From positions 27,596 through 91,595 of the IMG/VR virus record IMGVR_UViG_3300044259_000036: DNA of 64,000 bases. One strand, written 5' to 3'. The number at the start of each line of letters is the position of its first letter. The first letter of the stretch is position 1. Of this stretch, positions 28,696-38,108 are shown in pieces. The stretch comes from a virus. Lineage: Duplodnaviria; Caudoviricetes. A model generated the notes under the pieces. The model saw nothing but the letters and a program-made list of their open reading frames with translations. It did no database searches and had not been told where the DNA came from. A program made the translations under genes and the position numbers.

Positions 28696-30372
28696 TTAAC
28701 CGAGCAGTTCGTACAGCAGGTCGTGCTTGTCCTTGATGGCTCGGTTGTTGCTCCACTCGTTCTCGAGTAGGGCCTTGAAGTTTTTGTCAGCCAGCGTCTT
28801 GAGTACCCGCAGGAAGTACACGTTGACGATGTTGACCTGACCCTTGCGGTCAGCCCTGGCGATGGCCTGCTTGGCGGCCTTCGGTGAGGTGGGGGTCTCG
28901 TAGAAGATGATGTAGCCGGCGACCTGCAGGTTCAGCCCGGCGCCGCCGGAAACCCATTGGATCACGATCACGCTGCAGTCATCGTCGTGGAGGAAGCGAT
29001 CCAGCTCGCCCTGGCGGTCACGGCTCTCGCCGTAGACGACCGCCACGTTCATGTGGGCGAATTGCTTGGCCAGCCCCTCGATCGCCTTCTTGTAGTAGGC
29101 GAAGATGATCAGCTTACGGGTTGGCTGCGGGTTGATGGTCTCGACCAGCTCTCCGCAGGCCTTGGCCAGCTCGTTGTGCTCGTTGAACGACTGGTCGAAC
29201 TCGCCCGGACAGCTGATGATCTGTAGGGCCAGGTGCCGCAGCGCGCTGACGTTGTCCGGTGCCAGCACCTGGTCGCCCAGGATAGCGAAGCGATCGTTGA
29301 CCACCTCCCGGTACAGCCGCAGGTGCTTGCCGGACAGCCTCACCGGCAACTGGCTGATGATCGGCTCAGGCATGTTGATCACGTCGCGCTTCTGCACCCT
29401 ATGGGCGTTCTTCCAGAGCGCATCGTAGATGCCCTGCACGTTTCGGTACTCGGCGATCTGCTTGACCTTCGCCGTCTTGCCGTTGGCCAGCGGTACCTTG
29501 AACGTCTTCTCGATGCAGTGCTGCCGGATGAAGGCAGCCTTGTTCATGAAGGCGCTAGGGTTGATCAGCCGGATCAGGCCGTAGGCGTTGTGCAGCTTGG
29601 TCGGGATCGGTGTGCCGGTCATCACGTAGATGGCCATCTCGTCCTTCAGCTGCAGGGACATCTCGTAGACCGACTCGGACAGGATCGAGTCCAGGCCGCA
29701 CAGCTGGTCACCCTCGTCGAAGAACAGGACGTTGTAGCCCTCCTCCTTCAGCTTCATCTTGCGGGTGTTCTCAGCGTATCCCTTGCGGTCGATACGCCTG
29801 CCATCCGACGTGTAGGGCTGCGCCCCGACGCTGAACGGCGTGCCGTCCTCCAGGAAGTACGGCGTGGCGTATTCCTGATCGGTGCCCACGGCGTTGGTAT
29901 TGCGAATTTTCCAGAGGTTATTGCCGATTTTCTTCTTGTTGTTCTTGTCGTTGTACATCCGGTAGATGCCGTAGGACATCACCAAGATGTCCGGCCAGCC
30001 CTCGGCTGCCCAACGGGTTTCACGCTTTTTCTTCTGCTCAGCCGAGCAGGCGATGTCCTCGATCTTCAAGTGACGGCTGACGCCCGGGAAGAAGGCCTCG
30101 AACTCGTCCATAAACTGGGGAATCAGCGCGGGCAGCGTCACGAAGACGACCTTGTTGCCCAGAGCAGCCATGGTGATGGCGTGGGTCTGTGCGGGGTAGG
30201 TCTTGCCAGCGCCGGGTTCGGAGAAGTCGCCGTACCGCATGTGGCGGGGGTACTTCTTGATCATGTCCATCTGATGGGGCATGGGCCAGTTCGGGAGTCC
30301 AACCTTCTCGAACCAGGCGGGGTGGTTCTTCACCCCGCATGCCAGCATCAGGTCGTGGAGACTCGATGCCAT
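28696..30372 (-). CDS. SNF2-like superfamily 2 helicase
   Basis: PGAGKT, FFDEGD, MTGTP, GAGLNLQ and QAIARADRKGQ motifs. Confidence 0.88.
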   Translation of the reverse strand: MASSLHDLMLACGVKNHPAWFEKVGLPNWPMPHQMDMIKKYPRHMRYGDFSEPGAGKTYPAQTHAITMAALGNKVVFVTLPALIPQFMDEFEAFFPGVSRHLKIEDIACSAEQKKKRETRWAAEGWPDILVMSYGIYRMYNDKNNKKKIGNNLWKIRNTNAVGTDQEYATPYFLEDGTPFSVGAQPYTSDGRRIDRKGYAENTRKMKLKEEGYNVLFFDEGDQLCGLDSILSESVYEMSLQLKDEMAIYVMTGTPIPTKLHNAYGLIRLINPSAFMNKAAFIRQHCIEKTFKVPLANGKTAKVKQIAEYRNVQGIYDALWKNAHRVQKRDVINMPEPIISQLPVRLSGKHLRLYREVVNDRFAILGDQVLAPDNVSALRHLALQIISCPGEFDQSFNEHNELAKACGELVETINPQPTRKLIIFAYYKKAIEGLAKQFAHMNVAVVYGESRDRQGELDRFLHDDDCSVIVIQWVSGGAGLNLQVAGYIIFYETPTSPKAAKQAIARADRKGQVNIVNVYFLRVLKTLADKNFKALLENEWSNNRAIKDKHDLLYELLG

Positions 30373-30377
30373 GAGGA

Positions 30378-30599
30378 CTACCTCTTGTAGAACTGGCTCT
30401 TGTTGCGCTTTTCAAAGTCGTCGCGACAGTCCGCGTCACAGAAACGCGACTTTTCTTTGAAGGGTTCGCCACAGTTGTGGCAGGAATCGGCGAGGGGAAT
30501 AGGCTTCTCTCCAGGCTTCCGTGCCTGGCGGATCTGCTCCTCGAGGAGACGATCCTGTTCCACCGTGGCCCGATCCAATGGGTCCGCGTAGTGTTCCAT
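30378..30599 (-). CDS. TraR/DksA-like C4 zinc-finger protein
   Basis: ADPLDRA N-terminal DxxDxA, CHNCGE...FCDADC. Confidence 0.8.
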   Translation of the reverse strand: MEHYADPLDRATVEQDRLLEEQIRQARKPGEKPIPLADSCHNCGEPFKEKSRFCDADCRDDFEKRNKSQFYKR

Positions 30600-30602
30600 G
30601 AT

Positions 30603-33494
30603 TTAGGCTTCCAATGCTTCCGTTGAGTCGTTGAAGTTGTTCATAAGGGTGCCTTTGTCGGTCAACTTTCCTTGGTTGACCACGAAGACATCCACCTCAC
30701 GATGCGGGTGTGGCTCCATGCGCTCGAAGTACACCTCACCTTCCAGCAGCGTTGCAAGCTGGTCGTAGTTGCGGATCGGCGCGATCTCGCCGACCGACTT
30801 GGTGTAGCCGAGGTAGCGGGGCATGCACGACTGCAGGACCAGGTACAGCTGGTCGCCTTGGCGCCAGTAGTGCAGCCCAGGCTCCAGGCGGTAGCGTTCC
30901 TCGAAGGTCGGGTCCGCCATGGTGTTCAGGGTGGTGAGCACCTTGTCCACTTCCGAGGCCGACTTGCCGCGCTCGCTGATCATGACCTGGCCACCCAGGT
31001 ACTCGACCAGTGCGTCGTTCAGACGCTGCACTTCCTCAACGCCGCCCACCTTGAATTCCTTCATGGTGTGCATGAGCATGTGCAGCCCGGTCAAGCAGGT
31101 CTGCATGCCCCACTTGGGACGTTCAGCGAGCGCCTTGTGCACCAGGTCGGCCTTGCTGTCGAAGATCTCCAGCAGAGCCTTGGGCGAGGTGCCCATGGCC
31201 ACTGTGACCATCGCCTTGGCCAGGCGCAGCAGCGACTGCCGCTTCGAGCTGGCGATCTTGAAGTTGGTCTTGTACGAGTCGTTGGTCAGCGTGCGGGCCT
31301 GCAGCCTGACCTCGACCGAGCGGCTGCGCAGGGATGGCATCGCTGCCAGCTGCTCGCTGGTGTACACCAACGGCGCCGAGACGCGGTCTTCGGTGACGCC
31401 GACGTCTCGGTCGGTAAGCCGGCCACGTTGGATCGGCGCGCTGTTCCAGGATGCCTTCAGCACGCCGGCGATCTTGGCGTACATCTGGGCGCCCAGCATT
31501 ACCGGGTTCACTTCCTCGACCAGGCGCGGCACCGTGGTGCTGCTGCTGACGAACTTGACCAGCGGGTAGAACGTGCCGACCTCGACGTTCTGGAACTCCG
31601 CCCGGGTGTAGTCGATGCCGTTGATCATGGCGATCAGCATGGCCAGGCTGGTCTTGCCAGAGCCAGCGTTACCGGAAATGTTGCAGACCGGGAACTGGGG
31701 CTCCTCGAACTGGATGTGCTGCCGGTAGTGGCAGGCAGCGAACCAGCCGATCAGCATGGCCATCTGCACAGGCTCGTTACAGTGGCACAGGGCACGGATA
31801 GCCGTTTCCAGCTCGACGTCGTCGACGAACGGGTTGGACTGGCTCAGCAACGCCGGGGATTGCCGGGGGTTGCCGTTGAAACGGTAGGCGCTGCGGCCTC
31901 CCATCGAGTTGATCGAGGCATCCGATTCAACATAGTGAGGTACAGGGTGCTTACCGCTGCGGTCCAGAATCAGACCGCACACGTCTGCACGGATCATCTT
32001 GTCTAGCTCCTTGGATTCCGCCCTCTCTTTGGCGAAAAATACGATGGCCTGCAGCATCTTTTGGATTTCAGCGTCACTGGCAAACACGGCGCAGGCGGCG
32101 TGGCCCTTGACTGTGTTGATCAGGTCGCGGCGAGAACCCCAGGTGCGCTCCGGCATCTGCATGTCCTCGATGCGGGTACCGTTCTCGTCGAGCAGGGTGC
32201 CTCGCAGTTCGCGGCGCGGGCTCTCCTTCCAGGCCGGGCTGCCGTCCAGGGCGATCGACGGCATTAGCTCGAAGACCTCGGTGTTCGGGAAGAACACGAA
32301 GTTGGTCAGCTGACGGCTGCTGTTCTCACCGACCAGCCAGTAGCCGCGTTCGTCGAAGCGGATCTTCGAGTCGTGGTGGTAGTTGGTACCGGCCTCGGAC
32401 TGGCTGGACTCACCCTTGGCGATATCCGGCCGGCAGATCGGACACTGGCGGCACGGGGTGCCAATCGCCGCGATGAAGGCGCCCGGGGCGAACTTGAACG
32501 AGCCACGGAAGGTCCGGTTCAGCTGGTCCTTGACGTGCTTGTACCGCTCGTTCTCGTTGGCGCGACTGCTGCTCTGTACGTTCTTGGTGAACGGGCGCAC
32601 CAGGTGCTCAAGGTAGAACTTCTCGTCTTCCTTGGTATAGGCCGCGGCGATGTAGGAAGCGAGCTGCATGGCAGCCTGGTTCCAGTTCGATTCGCCGCAA
32701 TCGCCGTCTGTGATCAGTCGTTCCACGCAGCCAGGGATACCCTCCCACTCACGGAAGACCTCAGCCGGAACCGTGCAGGCTTCCTTCATGGCGCGGATCT
32801 TCTTGTTCGCAGCAGTGCGCGCGGCCTTGTACAACGCCTCACACTTCAGGAACGTCAGTTCCTTCGGTGGGTACGGGGTCGCAGCGGTCGGCCGTGCGGC
32901 GGCCACGATCGCCAGGTACTCGTCGGCGTCCATGTGGGCCAACTCGTTCGGCGTGGTGGCGACCTTGAAGGTCCCGCTGCCCGGGCGCGGCATGCCCTCG
33001 CAACGCCACATGCGGCCCTTGCCGCAGGAATAGACGTTGTAGTCCAGGGTGCTCGGCGTGATCAGGCCGGCCGCAGCCTCTGCCGTCATCATGATCTCTT
33101 TGTAGATCATCGGCAGCGCTTTGGTCGGACCTTTGACGCCAAAAACCTGGTACGGGACGGTGATGTGCACGCCCTTACCGCCAGACAGGTAGCAGTGGAT
33201 GTACTGCTCCGGGATGTCCAGCTTGTTCATCAGGTAGTCGATGACAGCGTTGGCCTCGCCGATCACTCGGTCCAGGTCGTGCTTGTCGTCGAAATCGAAG
33301 TACATCGGACCCACGTATTTCAGCGTGTCGATCAGGTCCAGTTCCTGCTCCATTACCTCGTCGGGGTTATGGCTGACCATCAGCACGGTCTGGAAGGTCG
33401 GCGGACTCGGCAGGTCGCCTGCGGCGATTTGCTGTTCGGTGTACATCCGCCAGGTGTCGCTCTTGTCTGGGCGGAACTGCAGGAAATAGTTCAT
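30603..33494 (-). CDS. Primase-helicase (AEP-type primase, Cys cluster, C-terminal P-loop)
   Basis: YFDFD, SGGKGVH, GRMWR, CRQCPIC and GNAGSGKT motifs. Confidence 0.85.
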   Translation of the reverse strand: MNYFLQFRPDKSDTWRMYTEQQIAAGDLPSPPTFQTVLMVSHNPDEVMEQELDLIDTLKYVGPMYFDFDDKHDLDRVIGEANAVIDYLMNKLDIPEQYIHCYLSGGKGVHITVPYQVFGVKGPTKALPMIYKEIMMTAEAAAGLITPSTLDYNVYSCGKGRMWRCEGMPRPGSGTFKVATTPNELAHMDADEYLAIVAAARPTAATPYPPKELTFLKCEALYKAARTAANKKIRAMKEACTVPAEVFREWEGIPGCVERLITDGDCGESNWNQAAMQLASYIAAAYTKEDEKFYLEHLVRPFTKNVQSSSRANENERYKHVKDQLNRTFRGSFKFAPGAFIAAIGTPCRQCPICRPDIAKGESSQSEAGTNYHHDSKIRFDERGYWLVGENSSRQLTNFVFFPNTEVFELMPSIALDGSPAWKESPRRELRGTLLDENGTRIEDMQMPERTWGSRRDLINTVKGHAACAVFASDAEIQKMLQAIVFFAKERAESKELDKMIRADVCGLILDRSGKHPVPHYVESDASINSMGGRSAYRFNGNPRQSPALLSQSNPFVDDVELETAIRALCHCNEPVQMAMLIGWFAACHYRQHIQFEEPQFPVCNISGNAGSGKTSLAMLIAMINGIDYTRAEFQNVEVGTFYPLVKFVSSSTTVPRLVEEVNPVMLGAQMYAKIAGVLKASWNSAPIQRGRLTDRDVGVTEDRVSAPLVYTSEQLAAMPSLRSRSVEVRLQARTLTNDSYKTNFKIASSKRQSLLRLAKAMVTVAMGTSPKALLEIFDSKADLVHKALAERPKWGMQTCLTGLHMLMHTMKEFKVGGVEEVQRLNDALVEYLGGQVMISERGKSASEVDKVLTTLNTMADPTFEERYRLEPGLHYWRQGDQLYLVLQSCMPRYLGYTKSVGEIAPIRNYDQLATLLEGEVYFERMEPHPHREVDVFVVNQGKLTDKGTLMNNFNDSTEALEA

Positions 33495-33496
33495 GC

Positions 33497-33748
33497 TCAG
33501 TCCTTTGTCATGCGAACCTTGGAGATCCGTTTGACGTAGGTCTTACCGTCCTTGTTGAAGGCCTGGTAGTCCACCCCCTGAGTGATCCCACGCAGGTCCA
33601 GCGAGCGGCGGAACAGCGTGATGTTGTAGACCTTCTCCAGCTCTACCGCGTCCCCATCCTCGCAGCGGTTGTAGTAGTCGGCCAGCTTGCCGTAGTCGAC
33701 CGTCTTTCGTTCCTTGGGGCCGGAGGCTTGGTCGGACACAATTTTCAT
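33497..33748 (-). CDS. Hypothetical protein
   Basis: aggag SD; coupled to the primase. Confidence 0.7.
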   Translation of the reverse strand: MKIVSDQASGPKERKTVDYGKLADYYNRCEDGDAVELEKVYNITLFRRSLDLRGITQGVDYQAFNKDGKTYVKRISKVRMTKD

Positions 33749-33770
33749 AGCCTACTCCTGTTGGGTTGAC

Positions 33771-33804
33771 GCACAGCGGGGCGCTGGTAAGCGCCCCGGT
33801 GCGT
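33771..33804 (-). terminator. Intergenic stem-loop
   Basis: cggggcgct-ggta-agcgccccg with extended gcac/gtgc arms; no clear U-tract. Confidence 0.45.
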
Positions 33805-33833
33805 GTGATTTTGCGCACAGCATACACCGATGG

Positions 33834-35162
33834 CTACGCTGCGAACGCCGTCTTGTTGGTGATCAGCTCCTCGGCGCCGCGGCTGAACGCCACGTAAGCC
33901 AGTCGCTGTCGTTCGCTGCGCACAGGGTTGCCCAGGATGTCCTTGATGTCGACGATCGCCCGCTTGTACGTGCTGCCCTGGCTGCGATGCACAGTCAGGC
34001 AGTAGCAGTAGCGAATCTCGTTGAACATGCCCTTGAACTCATGGTACTGCCGCCACCAGTAGCCCTGCGCCTTGCCCTCGGCAGCCTGAGCTTTCTGAGC
34101 CAGCTCCTCCAGACGCCGCTCGTAACGAGGACGCTCGATCTCGTCCAGGACATGGGCGAAGGCCTGCTGCACGTCGGAATAGATCGGCTGCAGGGTCAAC
34201 AGGATCGTCTTGTACGACTCGTTGGTCTGCTTGTCGATCTTCTTGCCTTCCTTATGGGCAGAGACGATGCACTCCTCGTCGGTGTTGAGCAGGACGTCGC
34301 CGTACAGGTCCTTGATCGTGCCGCCGGTGACGATGCGCTCGCCCACCTCGAAGCGCGCCGCGTCCTTGCCGTAGATCTTCCGACGGATCGCGTTGTTCAG
34401 GTCGTCGACGCGGCGGTTGCGCCATGCCAGCACTCGGGTGTGCTCCATGTCCGTGTCCTTGTCGAACAGGGACAGGACGTGCTGGAGGAACTGGGAGTCC
34501 TTTAGGGCCACCACGTTTTTATCCGGCACCACGGTGAAGCGGAACTCGCGGCGTTCCTTGATGGCTTCGCGCAGCGGGTGGGTGAGCTGCAGGATGCCGT
34601 TCGGCGAGCCGTCCGGGTTGTTCTGGTTGCGCTCGGGCTTGGTCAGCTCACTGCACGGGAAGATGCCGAAGGCCATCGACTTCTCTTCGCGCACCGGCGG
34701 CAGCTGCATGTCGTCACCCATCAGCAGGCAGAACAGGCCGTTGGCCTGCAGCTCAGGGATCAGGTAGTTGAACAGCATGAACTCGCTGAGCATCGACGCC
34801 TCGTCGAGCACCAGGAAGTCGTAGTCGCACAGAACGCTCTCGCGCACCGAGCGGGCCGCCTTGTTCTCCTTGTCCGGCAGGAGCGACAGGCCCATCGCGC
34901 TGTGGATGGTCTTGAACGCCACGCGGGTGGTATCCAGCCCCGCCGCGCGAGCCGCACGGTAGAGCTGCTTGACCGCCTTGTTGGTCGGCGCCGTCACCAG
35001 TACCGAGTTACCCAGCTTGATGATGCGCCGGATGACCTCGATGCAGGTGTAGGTTTTCCCGGTACCGCCTTCCCCGATCAGGGTGTGGCCCAGGACCTTC
35101 TTCGCCTCAAATGCCGCGACGATGGCGGTTGCCGCCAGTTCTTGGCCGGTATTGAGTGCCAT
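33834..35162 (-). CDS. Dda/RecD-like SF1B helicase
   Basis: GEGGTGKT, APTNKA, LDEASM, GDDMQLPPV, TVHRSQGSTY and YVAFSR motifs. Confidence 0.92.
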   Translation of the reverse strand: MALNTGQELAATAIVAAFEAKKVLGHTLIGEGGTGKTYTCIEVIRRIIKLGNSVLVTAPTNKAVKQLYRAARAAGLDTTRVAFKTIHSAMGLSLLPDKENKAARSVRESVLCDYDFLVLDEASMLSEFMLFNYLIPELQANGLFCLLMGDDMQLPPVREEKSMAFGIFPCSELTKPERNQNNPDGSPNGILQLTHPLREAIKERREFRFTVVPDKNVVALKDSQFLQHVLSLFDKDTDMEHTRVLAWRNRRVDDLNNAIRRKIYGKDAARFEVGERIVTGGTIKDLYGDVLLNTDEECIVSAHKEGKKIDKQTNESYKTILLTLQPIYSDVQQAFAHVLDEIERPRYERRLEELAQKAQAAEGKAQGYWWRQYHEFKGMFNEIRYCYCLTVHRSQGSTYKRAIVDIKDILGNPVRSERQRLAYVAFSRGAEELITNKTAFAA

Positions 35163-35180
35163 GGGTATATCTCCTTATAC

Positions 35181-35222
35181 CGTTATGCGCTTATGCTATT
35201 ATGTGCTTATGTGCGCGTCAAC
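35181..35222 (-). promoter_or_regulatory. Sigma70-like promoter overlaid by four CATAA repeats at 8-bp period
   Basis: On -: TTGACG-17 nt-TAGCAT; cgcacataa gcacataa tagcataa gcgcataa; strong SD taaggag downstream. Confidence 0.7.
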
Positions 35223-35538
35223 GACTTTTTGCAAACATATTCACGATGTTATCCGCCAGAGGTTCTTCTGCGGGACGCTGTCGTGGTTCAGGGGCGACGT
35301 CGATGTACAGGACCAAGTCGCGGTTGGCCGTCTCGATGCCGGTCTCAGCGGCCGCCCTGAACCAGTGCACCATCAGCGCACGCAGGTGGAACATCTCGAA
35401 CGAGCGGATGGCTTCGGGTGTCAGGTACAGGTGCAGGGCATCCATGAACACCTGGATGAACTGGCGCCTGTCTTCCACAGAACCGTGGTCACCTCGCTCG
35501 TTGCTGAGCTTCAACAGCTCGACCTTGATCTTGTCCAT
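35218..35538 (-). CDS. Hypothetical protein
   Basis: TGATG coupling to the upstream ORF. Confidence 0.6.
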   Translation of the reverse strand: MDKIKVELLKLSNERGDHGSVEDRRQFIQVFMDALHLYLTPEAIRSFEMFHLRALMVHWFRAAAETGIETANRDLVLYIDVAPEPRQRPAEEPLADNIVNMFAKSR

Positions 35539-36251
35539 CAGCGTGGACTCTCGAGGTAGGCCTTCAGGGTCTCGTACAGCCTGCTTGGCCGGCCCAGGCG
35601 GAAGTCGAAGCACAGCTGGGTCTGGTTCTGCTGGCTGAATACAGCCATCAGGGTCGCTTCATCCGGCACCTTCCATACACTGCCTGGCGTGTACATGTGC
35701 ATGAAGTTCTTGGTCTTGGCCGCTCGCCGCTGCTCCGGCGTCACTTGGTCGTACTGGATGCCGTGGAACAACGCGGCGCTGATGGTGTGCAAGTCCAGTA
35801 GCTTGGACTGGATAGCCGGCCCGACCCGGGCGGCGTGCGCTGCAGCTCGTAGCTCCAGTGCCTCGAAGCTGCCGATGCCTGGTTGATCTTTAAACATGGT
35901 GCTCTCCTCATTGAGGTAGTGTTTGGCCCGCTCGCAAGCACGCCGGATACGGTTGGCGTCTCTCTCTGTGCCGTCCATGACGGCTCGGGAGATCGAAGCC
36001 CAGGAGGCCCCCGCCCTCCGTGCACGGGTGGCTGCCTGCAATAGGTCAACGGAATATGTGACTGTACGACCCTGCCGCCGCCGGACACGGCCATCACGGC
36101 CGTTCTTTATGCCCTTGTGGATCAGGTGGTGCACGGCACTCCTCAGTACCTGAGCTGGGTAGCCCAGGCCTTCGGCAATGTTCTGCCAGCTGCAGTTGTC
36201 CACCTTCATCTCGTAGGCCAGGACCAGCTCGGCGATCGTAGGTAGCGTCAC
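35538..36251 (-). CDS. Tandem-HTH protein in frame with a degenerate DNA Pol I fingers domain (internal start 35897)
   Basis: N-half SWQNIAEGLGY and SWASISRAV HTH-like segments; C-half SFEALELRAAAH, DLHTISAALFHG, VTPEQRRAAKTKNFMHMY; gaggag SD before ATG 35897. Confidence 0.7.
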   Translation of the reverse strand: MTLPTIAELVLAYEMKVDNCSWQNIAEGLGYPAQVLRSAVHHLIHKGIKNGRDGRVRRRQGRTVTYSVDLLQAATRARRAGASWASISRAVMDGTERDANRIRRACERAKHYLNEESTMFKDQPGIGSFEALELRAAAHAARVGPAIQSKLLDLHTISAALFHGIQYDQVTPEQRRAAKTKNFMHMYTPGSVWKVPDEATLMAVFSQQNQTQLCFDFRLGRPSRLYETLKAYLESPR

Positions 36252-36658
36252 GAACCTTTCATCCCCTTGCGGATCATCACCATTTCCTCGGGGTACGAGC
36301 TGGCCGCACAGTAGGTGGCAACCCCGTCCTTATTGAACGTCAGGCGGTCAGCCCATCCGTAGCAAGGCATGAGGCTTAGCGAGCGGCCCAGCCAGCGGCC
36401 ACAAGCGGACACAGTAGCGGACCGGCACCCGGAGGTAACCAGGACCAGCATCTTGCGCTGCGCTTCCTCCGACAGGTACAAGGACGGGCTGTCCTCACGG
36501 CTGCCGTAGTTGATCAGGTCCTTCAAGCGGACCTCCCCGCGCTCGACCATCTTCGCCTCGAACTCCTTGAAGGTTCGCTGGTGGGTAGTGTCGCGCAGGT
36601 TGTCCAGGGTTTCTCCCTGGTGTGGGAATGCGAGTTGCAGAAGGGATTTGACGTCCAT
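36248..36658 (-). CDS. Hypothetical protein
   Basis: gaggat SD; C-terminal YCAASSYPEE; ATGA overlap downstream. Confidence 0.65.
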   Translation of the reverse strand: MDVKSLLQLAFPHQGETLDNLRDTTHQRTFKEFEAKMVERGEVRLKDLINYGSREDSPSLYLSEEAQRKMLVLVTSGCRSATVSACGRWLGRSLSLMPCYGWADRLTFNKDGVATYCAASSYPEEMVMIRKGMKGS

Positions 36659-36668
36659 TGGATCATCC

Positions 36669-37106
36669 TCAAATAACAAGCAGCGGCTGCGCCTGGACCT
36701 CGTCCCAGCCTTTGGCCAGGAGGTGGTCGATTGCAGCCTCGGTTGCCGTTTCCGGCGTCATGTTGGGGTCGCTGGAAGTGACCAGAATGTAGTCGTACTG
36801 CTTATGGAACCCTTTCGGGGTGAAGGCCGGGCTCTGGAACCGCACCAGGCGCACCAGGTTGGTCTGGAATCCGACGTGCTGATGGATGGTGTGAAAGCTG
36901 CCGAACGATTCATGCTGGTAGACCGAGTAGTCGTCCGGCTTGAAGTCCGGCTCAACCAGCTGCCAGTCGATCCCGGCCTCGTCATTGGGATGGGCACGGT
37001 GGAGCATCCCATCACTCGGGTCGATGAATACGCAGCTGCGATGGCTGTTGTGCAGGACGTGCACACCGGCGTTCAACAGGTCCTTAACTTGCTGCAGCTG
37101 TAGCAT
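36669..37106 (-). CDS. Hypothetical protein
   Basis: ggagg SD; part of the leftward operon. Confidence 0.55.
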   Translation of the reverse strand: MLQLQQVKDLLNAGVHVLHNSHRSCVFIDPSDGMLHRAHPNDEAGIDWQLVEPDFKPDDYSVYQHESFGSFHTIHQHVGFQTNLVRLVRFQSPAFTPKGFHKQYDYILVTSSDPNMTPETATEAAIDHLLAKGWDEVQAQPLLVI

Positions 37107-37539
37107 CCTTGCCCTCCTGGATCTTCGCCTTGATGGCCCGGCCCAGCTCGGTGTCGGGCAGCTGGCCATGGGCGACCTTGGCGCCTTGGATCTGTGCACG
37201 GAGCACCGCGGCGATGAAGTTGGCGTGGCCAACCTTGTCCAGGTGGTTGTGCAACGCCGACCGCGCCGCCGAGCGGATCTCGCGAGGGGTCAGGTTCTTG
37301 AAGCAGGCCTCGGTCAGCTGCGCACCGGTTCGCGGGTGGCGGATTCGGGTACCAGTGTCGGCGCCGGAGGTCAGCTCGCTGATCACCAGGTCCTTGATGT
37401 TGCGGTTGCCTTGGGTGCCGTCGGCGTGCAGGGCGAACTCGAAGGTCAGGTCGCCGATCTTCTTGGTCCAGCGGTCGTAGGTGACCACTGGCTTCGGTCC
37501 TTCACCGCTCATGAGCTGGACGTCGTCGATGCGTTTCAT
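37084..37539 (-). CDS. Hypothetical protein
   Basis: ggag SD; ATGA overlap. Confidence 0.6.
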   Translation of the reverse strand: MKRIDDVQLMSGEGPKPVVTYDRWTKKIGDLTFEFALHADGTQGNRNIKDLVISELTSGADTGTRIRHPRTGAQLTEACFKNLTPREIRSAARSALHNHLDKVGHANFIAAVLRAQIQGAKVAHGQLPDTELGRAIKAKIQEGKDATAAAS

Positions 37540-38108
37540 GGGTATTCTCCGAAGAATTTGACCACGGTTTCCCACGGCACTACGGCCAAGAAGCGGGAGC
37601 CCAGGATCTGTTGGTATTTGAGGCGGATGTAAGCGAGAGGCGTACCGTTACCGTCGTCGCAGCGGTGGATCTCGATGTAGTAGCTGTCGTCCAGCTGCGG
37701 GTTAGAGCCATAGATCAGGTTTTCCTTGATCCACTCATGGGTTGCCGGCCGGGCTACCACGTCTCCACGCTGAAGCATTTGAGCCTGTCTGCTGAAAGCG
37801 AAGCAGCTGACCCACATCTGCAGGCTGGCCCGCTTGCCGTGCTCCATTGGAGGGGACAGGGCGAACAGTTCCTCGATGTCCATGCACTGAGGGAATACCG
37901 CCATCCGGCTGGCGGACACGCCAGTCAGCATGTGGGAATTCCGCACGTCATCCGGGTCCAGGTCCTCCAAGAGGGCGTGGGAGCCGCAGTAACCCACCGG
38001 GCCTTCGGTGACGGCGGCGTCGTAGTAGGTAGCGAGATTGCTGCACTGGCAGCAGACCACGTTGGCTGCCGGGTTGATCCGGCGGAGTAGCTTCGTCGAT
38101 AGGATCAT
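37536..38108 (-). CDS. Hypothetical protein with N-terminal Cys cluster
   Basis: CCQC...YCGSH; coupled ORF. Confidence 0.6.
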   Translation of the reverse strand: MILSTKLLRRINPAANVVCCQCSNLATYYDAAVTEGPVGYCGSHALLEDLDPDDVRNSHMLTGVSASRMAVFPQCMDIEELFALSPPMEHGKRASLQMWVSCFAFSRQAQMLQRGDVVARPATHEWIKENLIYGSNPQLDDSYYIEIHRCDDGNGTPLAYIRLKYQQILGSRFLAVVPWETVVKFFGEYP

